From Myxococcales bacterium (GTDB lineage Bacteria; Desulfobacterota; Binatia; HRBIN30), in NCBI GenBank assembly GCA_037445065.1, contig JBBILD010000018.1:14163-78162 (forward strand): a DNA stretch of 64,000 nt, given 5' to 3'. Shown in pieces: positions 9,273 through 18,908 of the stretch (position 1 is its first letter; every line of letters starts with the position of its first letter). The notes under the pieces are model-generated. The model worked only from the letters and a program-made list of their open reading frames with translations. It made no database searches and was not told the origin of the DNA. Made by a program: the position numbers and the translations under genes.

Positions 9273-10247
9273 ATGGCAAAAGGCGCAAACGCGGTGGTCA
9301 TCGGGCTAGGAGCGGTGGCCTGTTTTGCAGCGCTGCTTCCCCAGCGCCTCGCCGGCGAGGAGCGCAACCCGGCTGCGCAGCCGGCTGCACTCGTGAACGG
9401 TAAGCCGATCCCCGTTGCACAGGTGCAGGAGTTGGCCGAAGAGATCGCCAAGTCGGCGGGTACGACGGTCGAGCAAGTGTGGAAGGACGCCCTCGAGCAG
9501 CTCATTTCTGCCGAGCTGCTCGTTCAAGAAGCAAAGGCGACGGGCACCTCTGTCACGGAAGCGGAGGTGGAACAAGAGATCCGCGATCTTGCCGCGCTCG
9601 GCTCGGGCCATCCGCTCGCCGAGTGGCTCCGCACAACGCCCGCGGCGCGGGTTCGCGATGAGATCCGCCGCAGCTTACTCGTCGAGAAACTCCTTACACA
9701 AAGCATTCGAGTGAACATCGAGCGCAAACAGGTCGAGGAATACTACGAGCAACACAAAGAACGATTCCAGCGCCCTCCCATGGTGCGGGCCAGCCACATC
9801 CTGATCAAGATCCAGGGCGACAACCGAGCAGCCGCGGAACAACGGGCGAAGGAGCTGCTCGCCCGGGTCAAGGGCGGGGAGGATTTCGCGTCGCTGGCGC
9901 GGCAGTTTTCCGAAGATCCCTTGACCAAGGAAAAAGGGGGGGACTTAGGATTCTTTCCCCAACACCCAACCCCCCTCGCTCAGGCGGCCTTCCACCTCCA
10001 GGACGGTGAGGTGAGCGAGATCATCGAAAGCCCGTATGGCCTGCACATTCTCAAGGTGACCGGGAGGCGCCCGGCCGGAATCGCACCGCTCGAGGAAGTG
10101 TTCGACGAGATTCGCGAAATGCTCGAAGAGGACGCGCGTGAGGACCGCGAAGAGCAGCTCATCGAGGCGCTACGCGCGAAAGCGAAGATCCAGTTGCTGC
10201 GCGAGAACCCCCCGGGAGCACCGGAGCAACCGCCGCTAAAGCGCTAA
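9273..10247 (+). CDS. Exported parvulin-type peptidyl-prolyl isomerase (SurA/PrsA-like)
   Basis: Signal peptide, SurA N-domain, RASHILI, FASLARQFSED...GGDLG, SPYGLHILKV. Confidence 0.92.
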   Translation: MAKGANAVVIGLGAVACFAALLPQRLAGEERNPAAQPAALVNGKPIPVAQVQELAEEIAKSAGTTVEQVWKDALEQLISAELLVQEAKATGTSVTEAEVEQEIRDLAALGSGHPLAEWLRTTPAARVRDEIRRSLLVEKLLTQSIRVNIERKQVEEYYEQHKERFQRPPMVRASHILIKIQGDNRAAAEQRAKELLARVKGGEDFASLARQFSEDPLTKEKGGDLGFFPQHPTPLAQAAFHLQDGEVSEIIESPYGLHILKVTGRRPAGIAPLEEVFDEIREMLEEDAREDREEQLIEALRAKAKIQLLRENPPGAPEQPPLKR

Positions 10248-10254
10248 CGCGCGA

Positions 10255-10581
10255 CTACTTTCCGGCGGCCATGCCGCCCGCGGCACCGGCAGCAGGTTTT
10301 GGCTTCGCAGTCGGGCGGGCTGCCTTTTTCCGAGCTGGCGCTGCCTTGCCTTTGCCTTTCGAAGAACGCTCGAGCTGCTGGCGCATCTCGCGTGCGTACT
10401 TCTCCACCTGAGCGGCAACGACTGCGGCTTGCTTGCGCAGCTGGTTGGCTGCCCCCTCGAGGTTTTTGAGAATCCCGGTCTCTTCCACCCGTCTCCGGAT
10501 GTCGGTTCGGAGCCGCTTAGCGATCCGTTCGACTTCGTTGACCAACTCGCGAATTCGGTGGTTGCGTGCCTTGTCTGCCAT
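10255..10581 (-). CDS. Small basic coiled-coil protein with Lys/Ala/Pro-rich histone H1-like tail
   Basis: GGGAGGT RBS before ATG 10581; amphipathic helices, then KGKGKAAPARKKAARPTAKPKPAA. Confidence 0.7.
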   Translation of the reverse strand: MADKARNHRIRELVNEVERIAKRLRTDIRRRVEETGILKNLEGAANQLRKQAAVVAAQVEKYAREMRQQLERSSKGKGKAAPARKKAARPTAKPKPAAGAAGGMAAGK

Positions 10582-10869
10582 ATACCTCCCTCCCGCGCCG
10601 AACATCGAAGTGCGGCGCTCCTACCAGATTTGGCACCTCATTCCTAGAGTCTGCTCACCTCGGCGTAGCAACGATCGCTCCCCGGCGACCCGGTCCGCAG
10701 CGGTGGCCCATCGCAGACGCCGTTCTCACAATGATGCGCGAGGCCGCCGAGAGCGAGTTCCAGCCTTAAGAAAGTTGGCCGGTTGCAACTGAAAAACGGG
10801 GACCGGTGTTACGGGTCCGGCCTTTGGATCAGTGTTTGCTGTGAGCGCGTGAACCAAAGGGTGGAGCCG

Positions 10870-11301
10870 ATGACCCCGTTCGACAGAGTGATGTTCGAGG
10901 ACCTATTTGCGGAGGACGCGCTGACCCCCATTCAGTTCTTCGGCCGCTCCGGTTCCGAGCGAGTCCGGCGCACGGGAGAGTGTCAACTCCTTGCTGCCCT
11001 GCTCGCCGATGCCATCCGTTGTTATCAGCGGAACTACTTTGCCGTGAGTCGCAGCCGCAAGCGATTGTTCCGGGAGGCTGAGCAATGGCTCATGGAGCCA
11101 GCACCCAGCGATGGTTCGGGGCCTGCGTTTTCTTTCCACTACGTGTGCGATGTGCTCGGTATCGAGCCTGAAACCATCCGCAACGCGCTGCGCCGATGGA
11201 GCGAAACCCAGTGCATGTCAGCGCCGCGCCGGCTGCCCGCCCCCGCCGCCAGCGGCAGAGTGCGGCCGCGCCGCGGCTCGCGGCAGCGCGCTGCGTCCTA
11301 A
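10870..11301 (+). CDS. Conserved hypothetical protein (possible HTH-like C-terminus)
   Basis: GGAG RBS; LLAALLADAI..YQ, LFREAEQWL, FSF..VCDVLGIEP..IR pattern recalled from an uncharacterised deltaproteobacterial-type family. Confidence 0.7.
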   Translation: MTPFDRVMFEDLFAEDALTPIQFFGRSGSERVRRTGECQLLAALLADAIRCYQRNYFAVSRSRKRLFREAEQWLMEPAPSDGSGPAFSFHYVCDVLGIEPETIRNALRRWSETQCMSAPRRLPAPAASGRVRPRRGSRQRAAS

Positions 11302-12457
11302 ACGGAGGCGGCCGAAACGGGGAGCTCCTCCCGCATCTTCCTGTGACAAGGACTGACTCCGTGCCAGCGCCAACAGGGCGAAGACAAGCGGGGTCGCTTT
11401 CGGCGGAGGGAGCGGGTGGCACCGTAGCGATCCACCGGCGCGCGATAGGAAGCTCCCGACGGAACCGGGGATCGCAAGGAAGAGCCCGCTCGTAAGAAAG
11501 CGACGAGAGGCGGTTTCATCACCATCCGCCCCTGGGCTTTACGGCTGCACAAAAAGCCTTGCTCCCATTCGCGATTCGGCCCTCGGGTCAGGTCAGAGCC
11601 CCGAATCGTTGCGCGTGTGGCGCCGGTCGCCCCCGCTATTGCCCCAGGCGCACAGTCAAGCTGCCCCGCGGTACGAGGGGTACCTTGCCACTTGGGGAGA
11701 GTCCTGGCGCACAATCAGCCGCTGATGAAAGCCACGCGCGCTCCGCTATCAGGCGCGGACCAAACACTTGCGAGCCGCCACGCTGACAGCGTCTTACGCT
11801 GTTGCTGGCTTGCCGAACACCGCTTGCGTGGCACAGGTCGATGCCGCCCGCATTTTCGGAGTCCGCACATTCGTCCCAGCGACGGTGGTGTGGCAGCTTC
11901 GCGGGTGCAAGGCGGGAGCGCAGATGCTCCCCACGGCCCGCAAACGCTCAAAGGCCGTTTTCCTGCCTGCACGAACCAGGCAACTCCTGGAGAGACCGTG
12001 AGTTTGATCCGTGGTGGCTCCGAAGCAGGTGGCCATGCACCGGCACGTGGCCCCACGCTCGGCTCGGAATCGGGTCTCCCACTCAAGACCCCCTCGCCAC
12101 CGGGAATCACCGGATCGCCCTCGTTCGATGGTTGGTTGCTGGCTACAAACGAAGCCGGGCCCTGGCGTTCCAACCTCGGTAGGGCAGCTTCTGGGAGCTT
12201 TCGAAGATCCGGCGGACTGGCGACTTCCGCACGACCCGAGCTGATGCGGCGCGTTTGCTTCGACTGCGGGGCAAGGGGGGCGGCGCGAAACATAGCGTAC
12301 CGGGTGGCTCCCGTATGACGGCGGAATCCAGAAACCCCTGTGTACCGGCTGCTCTAGGGGGTCTCTGCTTTCCAACCTGGAGGAAGCACGGTAGACGCAA
12401 CCGGTTCCCTTTTCGTAAAAGGAAGGCAAAGTGCAGCATGGCCTTCGGAGGGAGAAA

Positions 12458-12808
12458 ATGGAAGCGCTTATTCTTTACCACAATCCCCGTTGCCGCAAGA
12501 GTCGAGAAGCTCTGGAATTGCTGCAAAGTCGGAACGTGCCACTGCAGGTGGTCGAGTACCTCAAGCAGCCCCTCACCTTGGAGGAGCTACGAAACCTGAG
12601 GAAAAAGCTCGGGCTCCCTCCATCTGCTTGGGTGCGCAAAGGAGAGAAGGAGTACAAGGCTGCCGGACTCAGCGGGGACAGTTCCGAAGAGGAGATTTTG
12701 CGCGCTATGGCTCAGTTCCCGATCCTGATGGAACGGCCCATCGTGGTGCGGGGCAACAAGGCTGTGGTCGGCCGCCCGCCAGAACGGGTTTTGGAACTCG
12801 TCGGCTGA
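12458..12808 (+). CDS. arsC: Arsenate reductase (glutaredoxin-dependent) / ArsC-Spx family
   Basis: YHNPRCRKSR, EYLKQP, PILMERPIV, VGRPPE; GGAGGGAG RBS. Confidence 0.88.
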   Translation: MEALILYHNPRCRKSREALELLQSRNVPLQVVEYLKQPLTLEELRNLRKKLGLPPSAWVRKGEKEYKAAGLSGDSSEEEILRAMAQFPILMERPIVVRGNKAVVGRPPERVLELVG

Positions 12809-13009
12809 GTTGCGGTCTGCATTCCTGTCGTTCGTTTCGGTTCGGGCGCTGTCTTCGCCGGCCGCCGGCCCGCCCCCACTGTCACTCAAAGAAAGCCACC
12901 GATCGGGCGGCAGGTAGGCTCGCGCAGGGCGCCGCCTTGCGCTGGCGTGGCCCTCGCGGTTCCAACCCTCCCCTCCCCGGCGGACATGCACAGTAATCGT
13001 CCCGCCGTT

Positions 13010-15583
13010 TCAGGAATTCTCGTCGGAAGGGGGGGGAAGCGGCTCGGGTTCTCCACCGAGTTCCGTCAAAGGAGCGTCCGGCAGTGCTTCCCCGTTTTCC
13101 CCCGCCAACGGGGCGCGCGGCCCAGGCTGGCGGACAATGATCACCTGTGCTTTGCCGTGGCCGCCCTTGCGTTTCTTCCGCTTGCGCCGCTTCTTGCGCG
13201 GCGGCTCGGGGCGCGCGATCGGCTGGTAGAACGTGGCCGGTCGTTCCCCCGCGCCGCGGCAGTTATCGCACAACCCACAAGGGGTACCGTCTTCCTCACC
13301 AAAGTAGCGGCGCAAGAAGACGGCTCGGCACTCGCGCGACAAGGCGTACTCAGCGATCCGATCGAGGCGGCGGGCATCCTGGGTGCGCTGGGTCACAAAA
13401 CGGGTCGCCAAAGTGCGGGCCTGTTCTTCGAACTCCTGGGCGGGAACGGTGATGCGGACTCCATCCTCCTCGAGCTTTACCAATCCTGCCTCTTCGAGCA
13501 CGACGAGCAGCGCCTTTGCCTGCCGCTCGTTGAGCTGCGCGGCCAACGTTAGCGCTTCCATGTTGGGCTCTCGCCCCTCGGCAGCATAGGCGGCCAGCAC
13601 CGTGCTGATCCGGTACAACTGATCGGGCCGGATGCGGCTCCCCTGCTGAAGCACTTCGTGAGTCTCCCGATCCTTCGGATCGAACAACAAAATGCAGTGG
13701 GCGCGGCGGCCATCGCGACCAGCCCGACCTGCCTCCTGCACATACTGTTCGAGCGACGCCGGAGCCTGGAAGTGGATAATGTATCGGATGTCGGGCTTGT
13801 CGATGCCGAGCCCGAAGGCGCTGGTGGCCACCATGATCGTACGCCGCCCGCGCTTCATGAACAGTTCTTGTTCGCGGTTGCGCTCTTTCGCGGGCATCTT
13901 GCCGTGATACCGATGCACGGGTAGGTGCATCAGCCGCAGGGCACCGTACAATTGGTCGACCGCCTTGGTCGTTGCGCAGTACACGATTCCCGGGCGCCGC
14001 AGCCGCTTGATGAAGCGAGTGAGCGCCCGCACCCGCTCGTTGCCAGTGGCTTGAACGACCTCGAACGCGAGGTTGGCGCGGTGCGGCGAGGAGGCCACTA
14101 TAGCAGGCTCGCGCATCCCCAAGTAGCGAATGATGTCGTCGCGCACCGCTTGCGTTGCAGTCGCCGTCAGAGCCAACACCGGTGGACTGCCCAGCTCGTG
14201 CAGGCGTTCACCCAAGCGCATGTAGGCCGGGCGAAAGTCGTGCCCCCACTCAGAGATGCAATGCGCTTCATCCACAGCGGCCAGAGAAATGCCGCTTCGG
14301 CGCAAAGCTTCCCCTAGCTCCTCGGCGCCTAACGTTTCCGGGGTGGTCATGACCAACAGCGATCCTCCCCGGGCGATCCGCTCGAGCGCCTCCTGCCGCG
14401 CCTTGCCGCGCACCGTGCCGTCAATGCGCTCGACCGGGATATTGCGAGTCAGGAGCTTCTCTTGTTGGTCTTTGAGCAGGGCGAGCAGCGGTGAGACCAA
14501 CACCACCGGTTGCGGCAAGATCATGGAAGGAATCTGGTAACAAGCCGATTTGCCGAAGCCGGTCGGAAGGACGACGAGCACGTCGCGCCCTTCCATTGCC
14601 GCAGCGATGGCACGCTCCTGCTCCGGATACAGCCGTTGGATCCCGAGCCGCTGCGCCGCCTCGCAAATGCGCCGCCAGCGCTCGCGCTCCTCTGGCGACC
14701 GGTGCTTCTCGTCCGCCTGTGGCGACAGCGAAATCCAGGCGCCTTCGGGTTCCTCCTCTCCCTCATCGGGAAAGGTCTCTTCGCCCGTTTCCTCTTCAAC
14801 GGGCGATGGCTCCTCTGCTTCCACTCCCGTGAGAGCCGCTGCCTCCTCCGCTTCTTCCTGCTCGTCCTCGGGCTCGACGGGTGCGTGCGGCTCGAGATCG
14901 AGGGGCGGTTCCCCGCCGGCATCCTGGTCGATTCCCTCGCCTCGAACTTTCTCGCCCGGCTCTTCCTCCGACCACGCCGGCGGAGAGTCACTCGGCTTGC
15001 TCGGCTCCGGCCGCGTTGGGCGCAGCCGATCGTGCGGCTCCTCGCCGCGATCCGGTCGCCAGAAAGTCTCTTCGTCTACGCGAGGCGGGTAATCCCACAA
15101 CGGCTTTGTCCCGGGCAGCGGCTTGCGTTGCCACGGCGGCTTCTTACCCAAACCCGGCTTTTCCGGCCAAGAGCGCTTGCCCTTCCAGAACAGATCCAAC
15201 TCCTCCCCGTGGAAAGGGGGCTTTGCCTCCTTCCAAAAATCCAACTGCTGCGGTTCGACCGGAGTTTCCTTGCGGCGCGAGGAGGCGCGTCGCTTCTTGG
15301 CTGGCGCTTTTTCCTCTGCCAGGGTTTGCGAGGCCGGAGCCTCGTCGGGTTCACCGACCTCCTTCTCTGTAGCAGTCTCAGAGCGCTCCTCAGGCTGTTC
15401 GCCGGCCTCGGTAACACTGCGCCGACGCCTTCTCTTCGGCTTTGCCGTCTGCGGAGTTACTCCTTGCTGTTCCGCGGGGTTCGCGTCCGGCAACAAGGCC
15501 GCGTCACTCGAGTCCGGCGCAGTTTTCGGTAGCGCAGCCTCAGAGTCCGTCGTCTCGGGCGAATTCTTCTTCCGTCGTGGCAC
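13010..15583 (-). CDS. recQ: RecQ-family ATP-dependent DNA helicase with ~300-aa low-complexity N-terminal extension
   Basis: LPTGFGKSACYQ, VDEAHCISEWGHDFRPAY, LTATA, ATSAFGLGIDKPDIR, QEAGRAGRDG, Zn motif CR...CGLCDNC. Confidence 0.92.
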   Translation of the reverse strand: MPRRKKNSPETTDSEAALPKTAPDSSDAALLPDANPAEQQGVTPQTAKPKRRRRRSVTEAGEQPEERSETATEKEVGEPDEAPASQTLAEEKAPAKKRRASSRRKETPVEPQQLDFWKEAKPPFHGEELDLFWKGKRSWPEKPGLGKKPPWQRKPLPGTKPLWDYPPRVDEETFWRPDRGEEPHDRLRPTRPEPSKPSDSPPAWSEEEPGEKVRGEGIDQDAGGEPPLDLEPHAPVEPEDEQEEAEEAAALTGVEAEEPSPVEEETGEETFPDEGEEEPEGAWISLSPQADEKHRSPEERERWRRICEAAQRLGIQRLYPEQERAIAAAMEGRDVLVVLPTGFGKSACYQIPSMILPQPVVLVSPLLALLKDQQEKLLTRNIPVERIDGTVRGKARQEALERIARGGSLLVMTTPETLGAEELGEALRRSGISLAAVDEAHCISEWGHDFRPAYMRLGERLHELGSPPVLALTATATQAVRDDIIRYLGMREPAIVASSPHRANLAFEVVQATGNERVRALTRFIKRLRRPGIVYCATTKAVDQLYGALRLMHLPVHRYHGKMPAKERNREQELFMKRGRRTIMVATSAFGLGIDKPDIRYIIHFQAPASLEQYVQEAGRAGRDGRRAHCILLFDPKDRETHEVLQQGSRIRPDQLYRISTVLAAYAAEGREPNMEALTLAAQLNERQAKALLVVLEEAGLVKLEEDGVRITVPAQEFEEQARTLATRFVTQRTQDARRLDRIAEYALSRECRAVFLRRYFGEEDGTPCGLCDNCRGAGERPATFYQPIARPEPPRKKRRKRKKRKGGHGKAQVIIVRQPGPRAPLAGENGEALPDAPLTELGGEPEPLPPPSDENS

Positions 15584-15944
15584 CTCTGCTTCCCTCTCGC
15601 ACTCCCACCAGCCTCAGCCCAGGTTCGAAGTTGTGCTCAGGTAGAGACCGAATAAGAAGCCGTGTCGCTTGCAGAATCTCGATTGTTTTCACCCACTGGG
15701 TCACCGAGCAGCACGATTGCTCACTGCGGCGGCTCCCCTCGCTCTGCCAATCGGGGTGGTTTGCTCTTTCCAGCTCGCGCGCCAACTGCTGGCACGGAGC
15801 CTCGTTCGCGTCAAGCTCCCTCTTGCAGAAAGAACCGCACTAAGCAATGCCGAAACGAGCGCTTCGACGGCCTGCGGCGGTGGACGCGGCGGGTCTGGTT
15901 CGCGATACCGCTAATCGAACCGGTACAAGGAGAGGAGGAATCGA

Positions 15945-17147
15945 ATGCGTCTTGCGTTGCGTCCCGAGCACGAGAAGCTCCGTCAAGAGCTGAGGGACTA
16001 CTACGCGAAGCTTCTCACCCCCGAAATCAAGGAAGAAATCCGGCGCAGCGAAGGCGTGGGTCCGGTGGTGCGCCGCATCGTTCGGCAAATGGGGGAAGAT
16101 GGCTGGCTCGGCATCGGCTGGCCAAAGGAGTATGGCGGGCGCGGGATGACGCCCATCGAGCAGTTCATCTTCTTCGATGAATCCATGCGTGCTGGCGCAC
16201 CGGTGCCCATGCTGACGATCAACTCGGTCGCACCGACCATCATGCAGTTCGGCACCGAAGAGCAGAAACAGTTTTACTTGCCCCCCATCCTACGAGGCGA
16301 GATCCACTTTGCCATCGGTTACACCGAGCCCAATGCGGGCACGGATCTCGCCTCGTTGCAGTGCCGAGCCGTACGCGACGGCGATCATTGGGTCATCAAC
16401 GGGCAGAAGATCTTTACCAGCCTTGCTACGGACGCCGATTACATTTGGTTGGCGGTCCGGACCGATCCGTGGCCCGATCCCAACGACCCGAGCAAATCGA
16501 AGCACAAAGGGATCTCCATCATTATCGTTCCGACGGACACGCCCGGCTTCCGCGTCGTCCCGATCAAGAACATGGGGGAACTCAACACAAACTACACTTT
16601 TTATGACGACGTGCGCGTCCCTCTCGGCAACCTGGTGGGCAAGGTCAACGGCGGCTGGAAGCTCATCACGAACCAGCTCAACTACGAGCGAGTCACTCTG
16701 TGCAGCTCGGGCATGATCGAGGGCGTATACGAAGATGTGCTCGCGTGGGCCCGGCAAACGTTGCTACCCGACGGGCAACGGGTGATTGATCTCCCGTGGG
16801 TGCAACAAAACTTCGCCCGCATCCACGCCCGCCTCGACTTCTTGCGGCTGATGAATTTCAAGGTGGCCTGGCTGGCGGAGCAAAACGAACCTCTCAATCC
16901 GGCCCACGCCTCGACGATCAAGGTGTTCGGCACCGAGTTCTACCTCGAAGCGTGTCGGCTGATGCTCGAGATCCTCGGCGTCACCGGTACGTTTCGGCCC
17001 GGTTCCCCAGACGCTGCCCTGAACGGCAGAGTCGGGCAGCTCTTGCGCGCCGTGCACATCCTCACCTTCGGGGGCGGAACGAACGAAATGCAGCGGGATC
17101 TGATTTGCTTGTTCGGGCTGGGTATGCCCGTGATGCCGCGTTTTTGA
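15945..17147 (+). CDS. Acyl-CoA dehydrogenase, FadE26/FadE29-like catalytic chain
   Basis: FAIGYTEPNAGTDLASL, INGQKIFTS, NQLNYERV, TFGGGTNEMQRDLI; GGAGAGGAGG RBS. Confidence 0.93.
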   Translation: MRLALRPEHEKLRQELRDYYAKLLTPEIKEEIRRSEGVGPVVRRIVRQMGEDGWLGIGWPKEYGGRGMTPIEQFIFFDESMRAGAPVPMLTINSVAPTIMQFGTEEQKQFYLPPILRGEIHFAIGYTEPNAGTDLASLQCRAVRDGDHWVINGQKIFTSLATDADYIWLAVRTDPWPDPNDPSKSKHKGISIIIVPTDTPGFRVVPIKNMGELNTNYTFYDDVRVPLGNLVGKVNGGWKLITNQLNYERVTLCSSGMIEGVYEDVLAWARQTLLPDGQRVIDLPWVQQNFARIHARLDFLRLMNFKVAWLAEQNEPLNPAHASTIKVFGTEFYLEACRLMLEILGVTGTFRPGSPDAALNGRVGQLLRAVHILTFGGGTNEMQRDLICLFGLGMPVMPRF

Positions 17148-17169
17148 CCGTCGCCAGGAGGAACCGACC

Positions 17170-18285
17170 ATGGATTTTTCGTTTACCGATGAGCAAAAGG
17201 CACTCCGGGATCTAGCTGAACAGATTCTGCGCGACCGCTGCGCGCTCGAGCGCCTAAAACAGGTGGAGCAGAGCCCAGTGGGAATGGACGAGGAGTTGTG
17301 GTCCGAACTCGGCAAGGCGGGTCTCCTCGGCGTCACCGTCCCCGAAGAATTCGGGGGAAGCAGTGGCAACATGATCGAGGCTTGCTTACTCCTCGAACAA
17401 CAAGGCCGCTTCTTGCCTCTCTTGCCGCTGCTTCCGCACTTGGTCGGTTGTCTGACCTTGGGCCGCTTCGGGAGCGAAGAAATTCGGGAGCAGATCCTCC
17501 CGTCTGCTGCTACGGGCCAAAGCTGGCTTACGGCAGCGCTCAGTGAGTTCGGGGCCGACCCATACGAACCCGTGACTGCAGCTTCGCCTGACGGCGAACG
17601 ATGGCGCTTGTTTGGAACCAAGCTCGGTGTGCCGTGGGCCGACCGAGCAGAGATCATTCTCGTACCGGCGCGCACGGCCGAAGGGCAAAAGCTCCTATTC
17701 GCAGTTCCCCCTGGAACCCGAGGTGTGACTCTAGAGCGGCAGCAAACGACCAACTGGGAACCCCACTTTCGCATGCGTATGCAAAGCACCCCGTTGCCTG
17801 CCTCAGCACTGATCGGGGGCCCGGAGCTCGGGGAAGCGGCAGTGCGTTATCTGGTGGACCGCTACCTGGTGGGCCTGTGCGCCATTGCATCTGGCGCCTG
17901 CCAGGAAGCGGTGCGCATCACTGCCCAGTACTCCTCCAACCGCAAGCAGTTCGATAAACCAATCGCCATGTTCCAAGCCGTCGGCCAGCGCATGGCCGAT
18001 TCCTACATTGACAACGAAGCGGTCCAACTCACCATGTGGCAAGCGGCTTCGCGCCTCGCCGAAGAGTTGCCGAGCGAACGGGAAGTGGCCACCGCGAAAT
18101 TTTGGGCTGCGGACGCTGGCCACCGCATCGGGCATGCCGCCCTGCACATTCATGGCGGGATCAGTATTGATGTGGATTATCCCATTCACCGCTATTTCCT
18201 GTGGCTGAAGCAAATCGAGTACACGCTGGGCGCAGCTACCCCGCAACTCGTCCGCTTGGGCCAACTCCTGGCCGCGGAAACATGA
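17170..18285 (+). CDS. Acyl-CoA dehydrogenase, FadE27/FadE28-like partner chain
   Basis: MDFSFTDEQKAL, RKQFDKPIAMFQAV, HIHGGISIDVDYPIHRYF; degenerate FAD motif; directly follows the first ACAD. Confidence 0.92.
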   Translation: MDFSFTDEQKALRDLAEQILRDRCALERLKQVEQSPVGMDEELWSELGKAGLLGVTVPEEFGGSSGNMIEACLLLEQQGRFLPLLPLLPHLVGCLTLGRFGSEEIREQILPSAATGQSWLTAALSEFGADPYEPVTAASPDGERWRLFGTKLGVPWADRAEIILVPARTAEGQKLLFAVPPGTRGVTLERQQTTNWEPHFRMRMQSTPLPASALIGGPELGEAAVRYLVDRYLVGLCAIASGACQEAVRITAQYSSNRKQFDKPIAMFQAVGQRMADSYIDNEAVQLTMWQAASRLAEELPSEREVATAKFWAADAGHRIGHAALHIHGGISIDVDYPIHRYFLWLKQIEYTLGAATPQLVRLGQLLAAET

Positions 18286-18893
18286 GCCCGGCGCTTCCGC
18301 AGGACTCCAAGCAGACCAGGCAACGCGCCGCCAATCTGCTGTCGGTACTCGCCTTTCTTACCTCGCTGGCTGCCCTGGCCTTGGCTAGTGGGGTGTGGCA
18401 GCGCAGTCAGTCCAAAGTGAAGGGCGCAGACTGGGCGCAGGGAATTCAGCTCATTGCGTTCTACGAGGAACGGTGGGACTCCGAGGAAATGATCCAGGTG
18501 CGGGCGGAGGCGGCGACTTCGCTTTTGTCGCGCACGAGCGCGGACGAGGTCGAGTTCGTACTCGCCTTTTTCGACGAACTCGGCCTGCTATTGTCGCGGC
18601 GAGTCGTTGACGCCGAACTCCTCTGGTACCATTTCTACTGGCCTGCGGCTTCGTATCTCCTAGCTGCCAATCGGCTAACGGATGCCGAGGAACGCGCCGT
18701 GACCTATCCCTACCTCGCCAACCTCCTCACCCAGCTCCAAGAGGTGCAGCGGGAGCGCACTCCGCGGGAGCGCGCCCTGCGACCGACGGAAAACGAGGTG
18801 GACGAGTTCCTGAGCAACGAAGCCACGCCGCCGAGCTGCGAGGAACCAGAAAGCGACGGAGAGGAAGGCGAAGTGCAAATGACGCCCCTCTGA
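18282..18893 (+). CDS. Hypothetical single-TM membrane-anchored protein
   Basis: ATGA overlap with the ACAD stop; N-terminal hydrophobic helix, then helical domain (VLAFFDELGLLL..VVDAEL). Confidence 0.65.
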   Translation: MSPALPQDSKQTRQRAANLLSVLAFLTSLAALALASGVWQRSQSKVKGADWAQGIQLIAFYEERWDSEEMIQVRAEAATSLLSRTSADEVEFVLAFFDELGLLLSRRVVDAELLWYHFYWPAASYLLAANRLTDAEERAVTYPYLANLLTQLQEVQRERTPRERALRPTENEVDEFLSNEATPPSCEEPESDGEEGEVQMTPL

Positions 18894-18908
18894 CTACACC
18901 GTTGCAGG

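Noticed and set aside
10630..10645. TTGGCAC sigma54-like -24 element (also near 15790)
   Set aside because: No TTGC -12 element at the required spacing.
11660..11708. Cobalamin riboswitch-like fragments (GCTGCCCCGC, GCCACT)
   Set aside because: No upstream GGGAA..GGTG..AATCC core and no B12 box.
11983..12030. Glycine riboswitch-like start (CTGGAGAGACCG...CCGAAG)
   Set aside because: Lacks the conserved GGAGCAA and CTCTCAGG segments, and no glycine-related gene follows.
11617..12429. Three overlapping 192-233 aa ORFs
   Set aside because: Pro/Arg/Ser-rich shadow composition, no motifs, no clear RBS.
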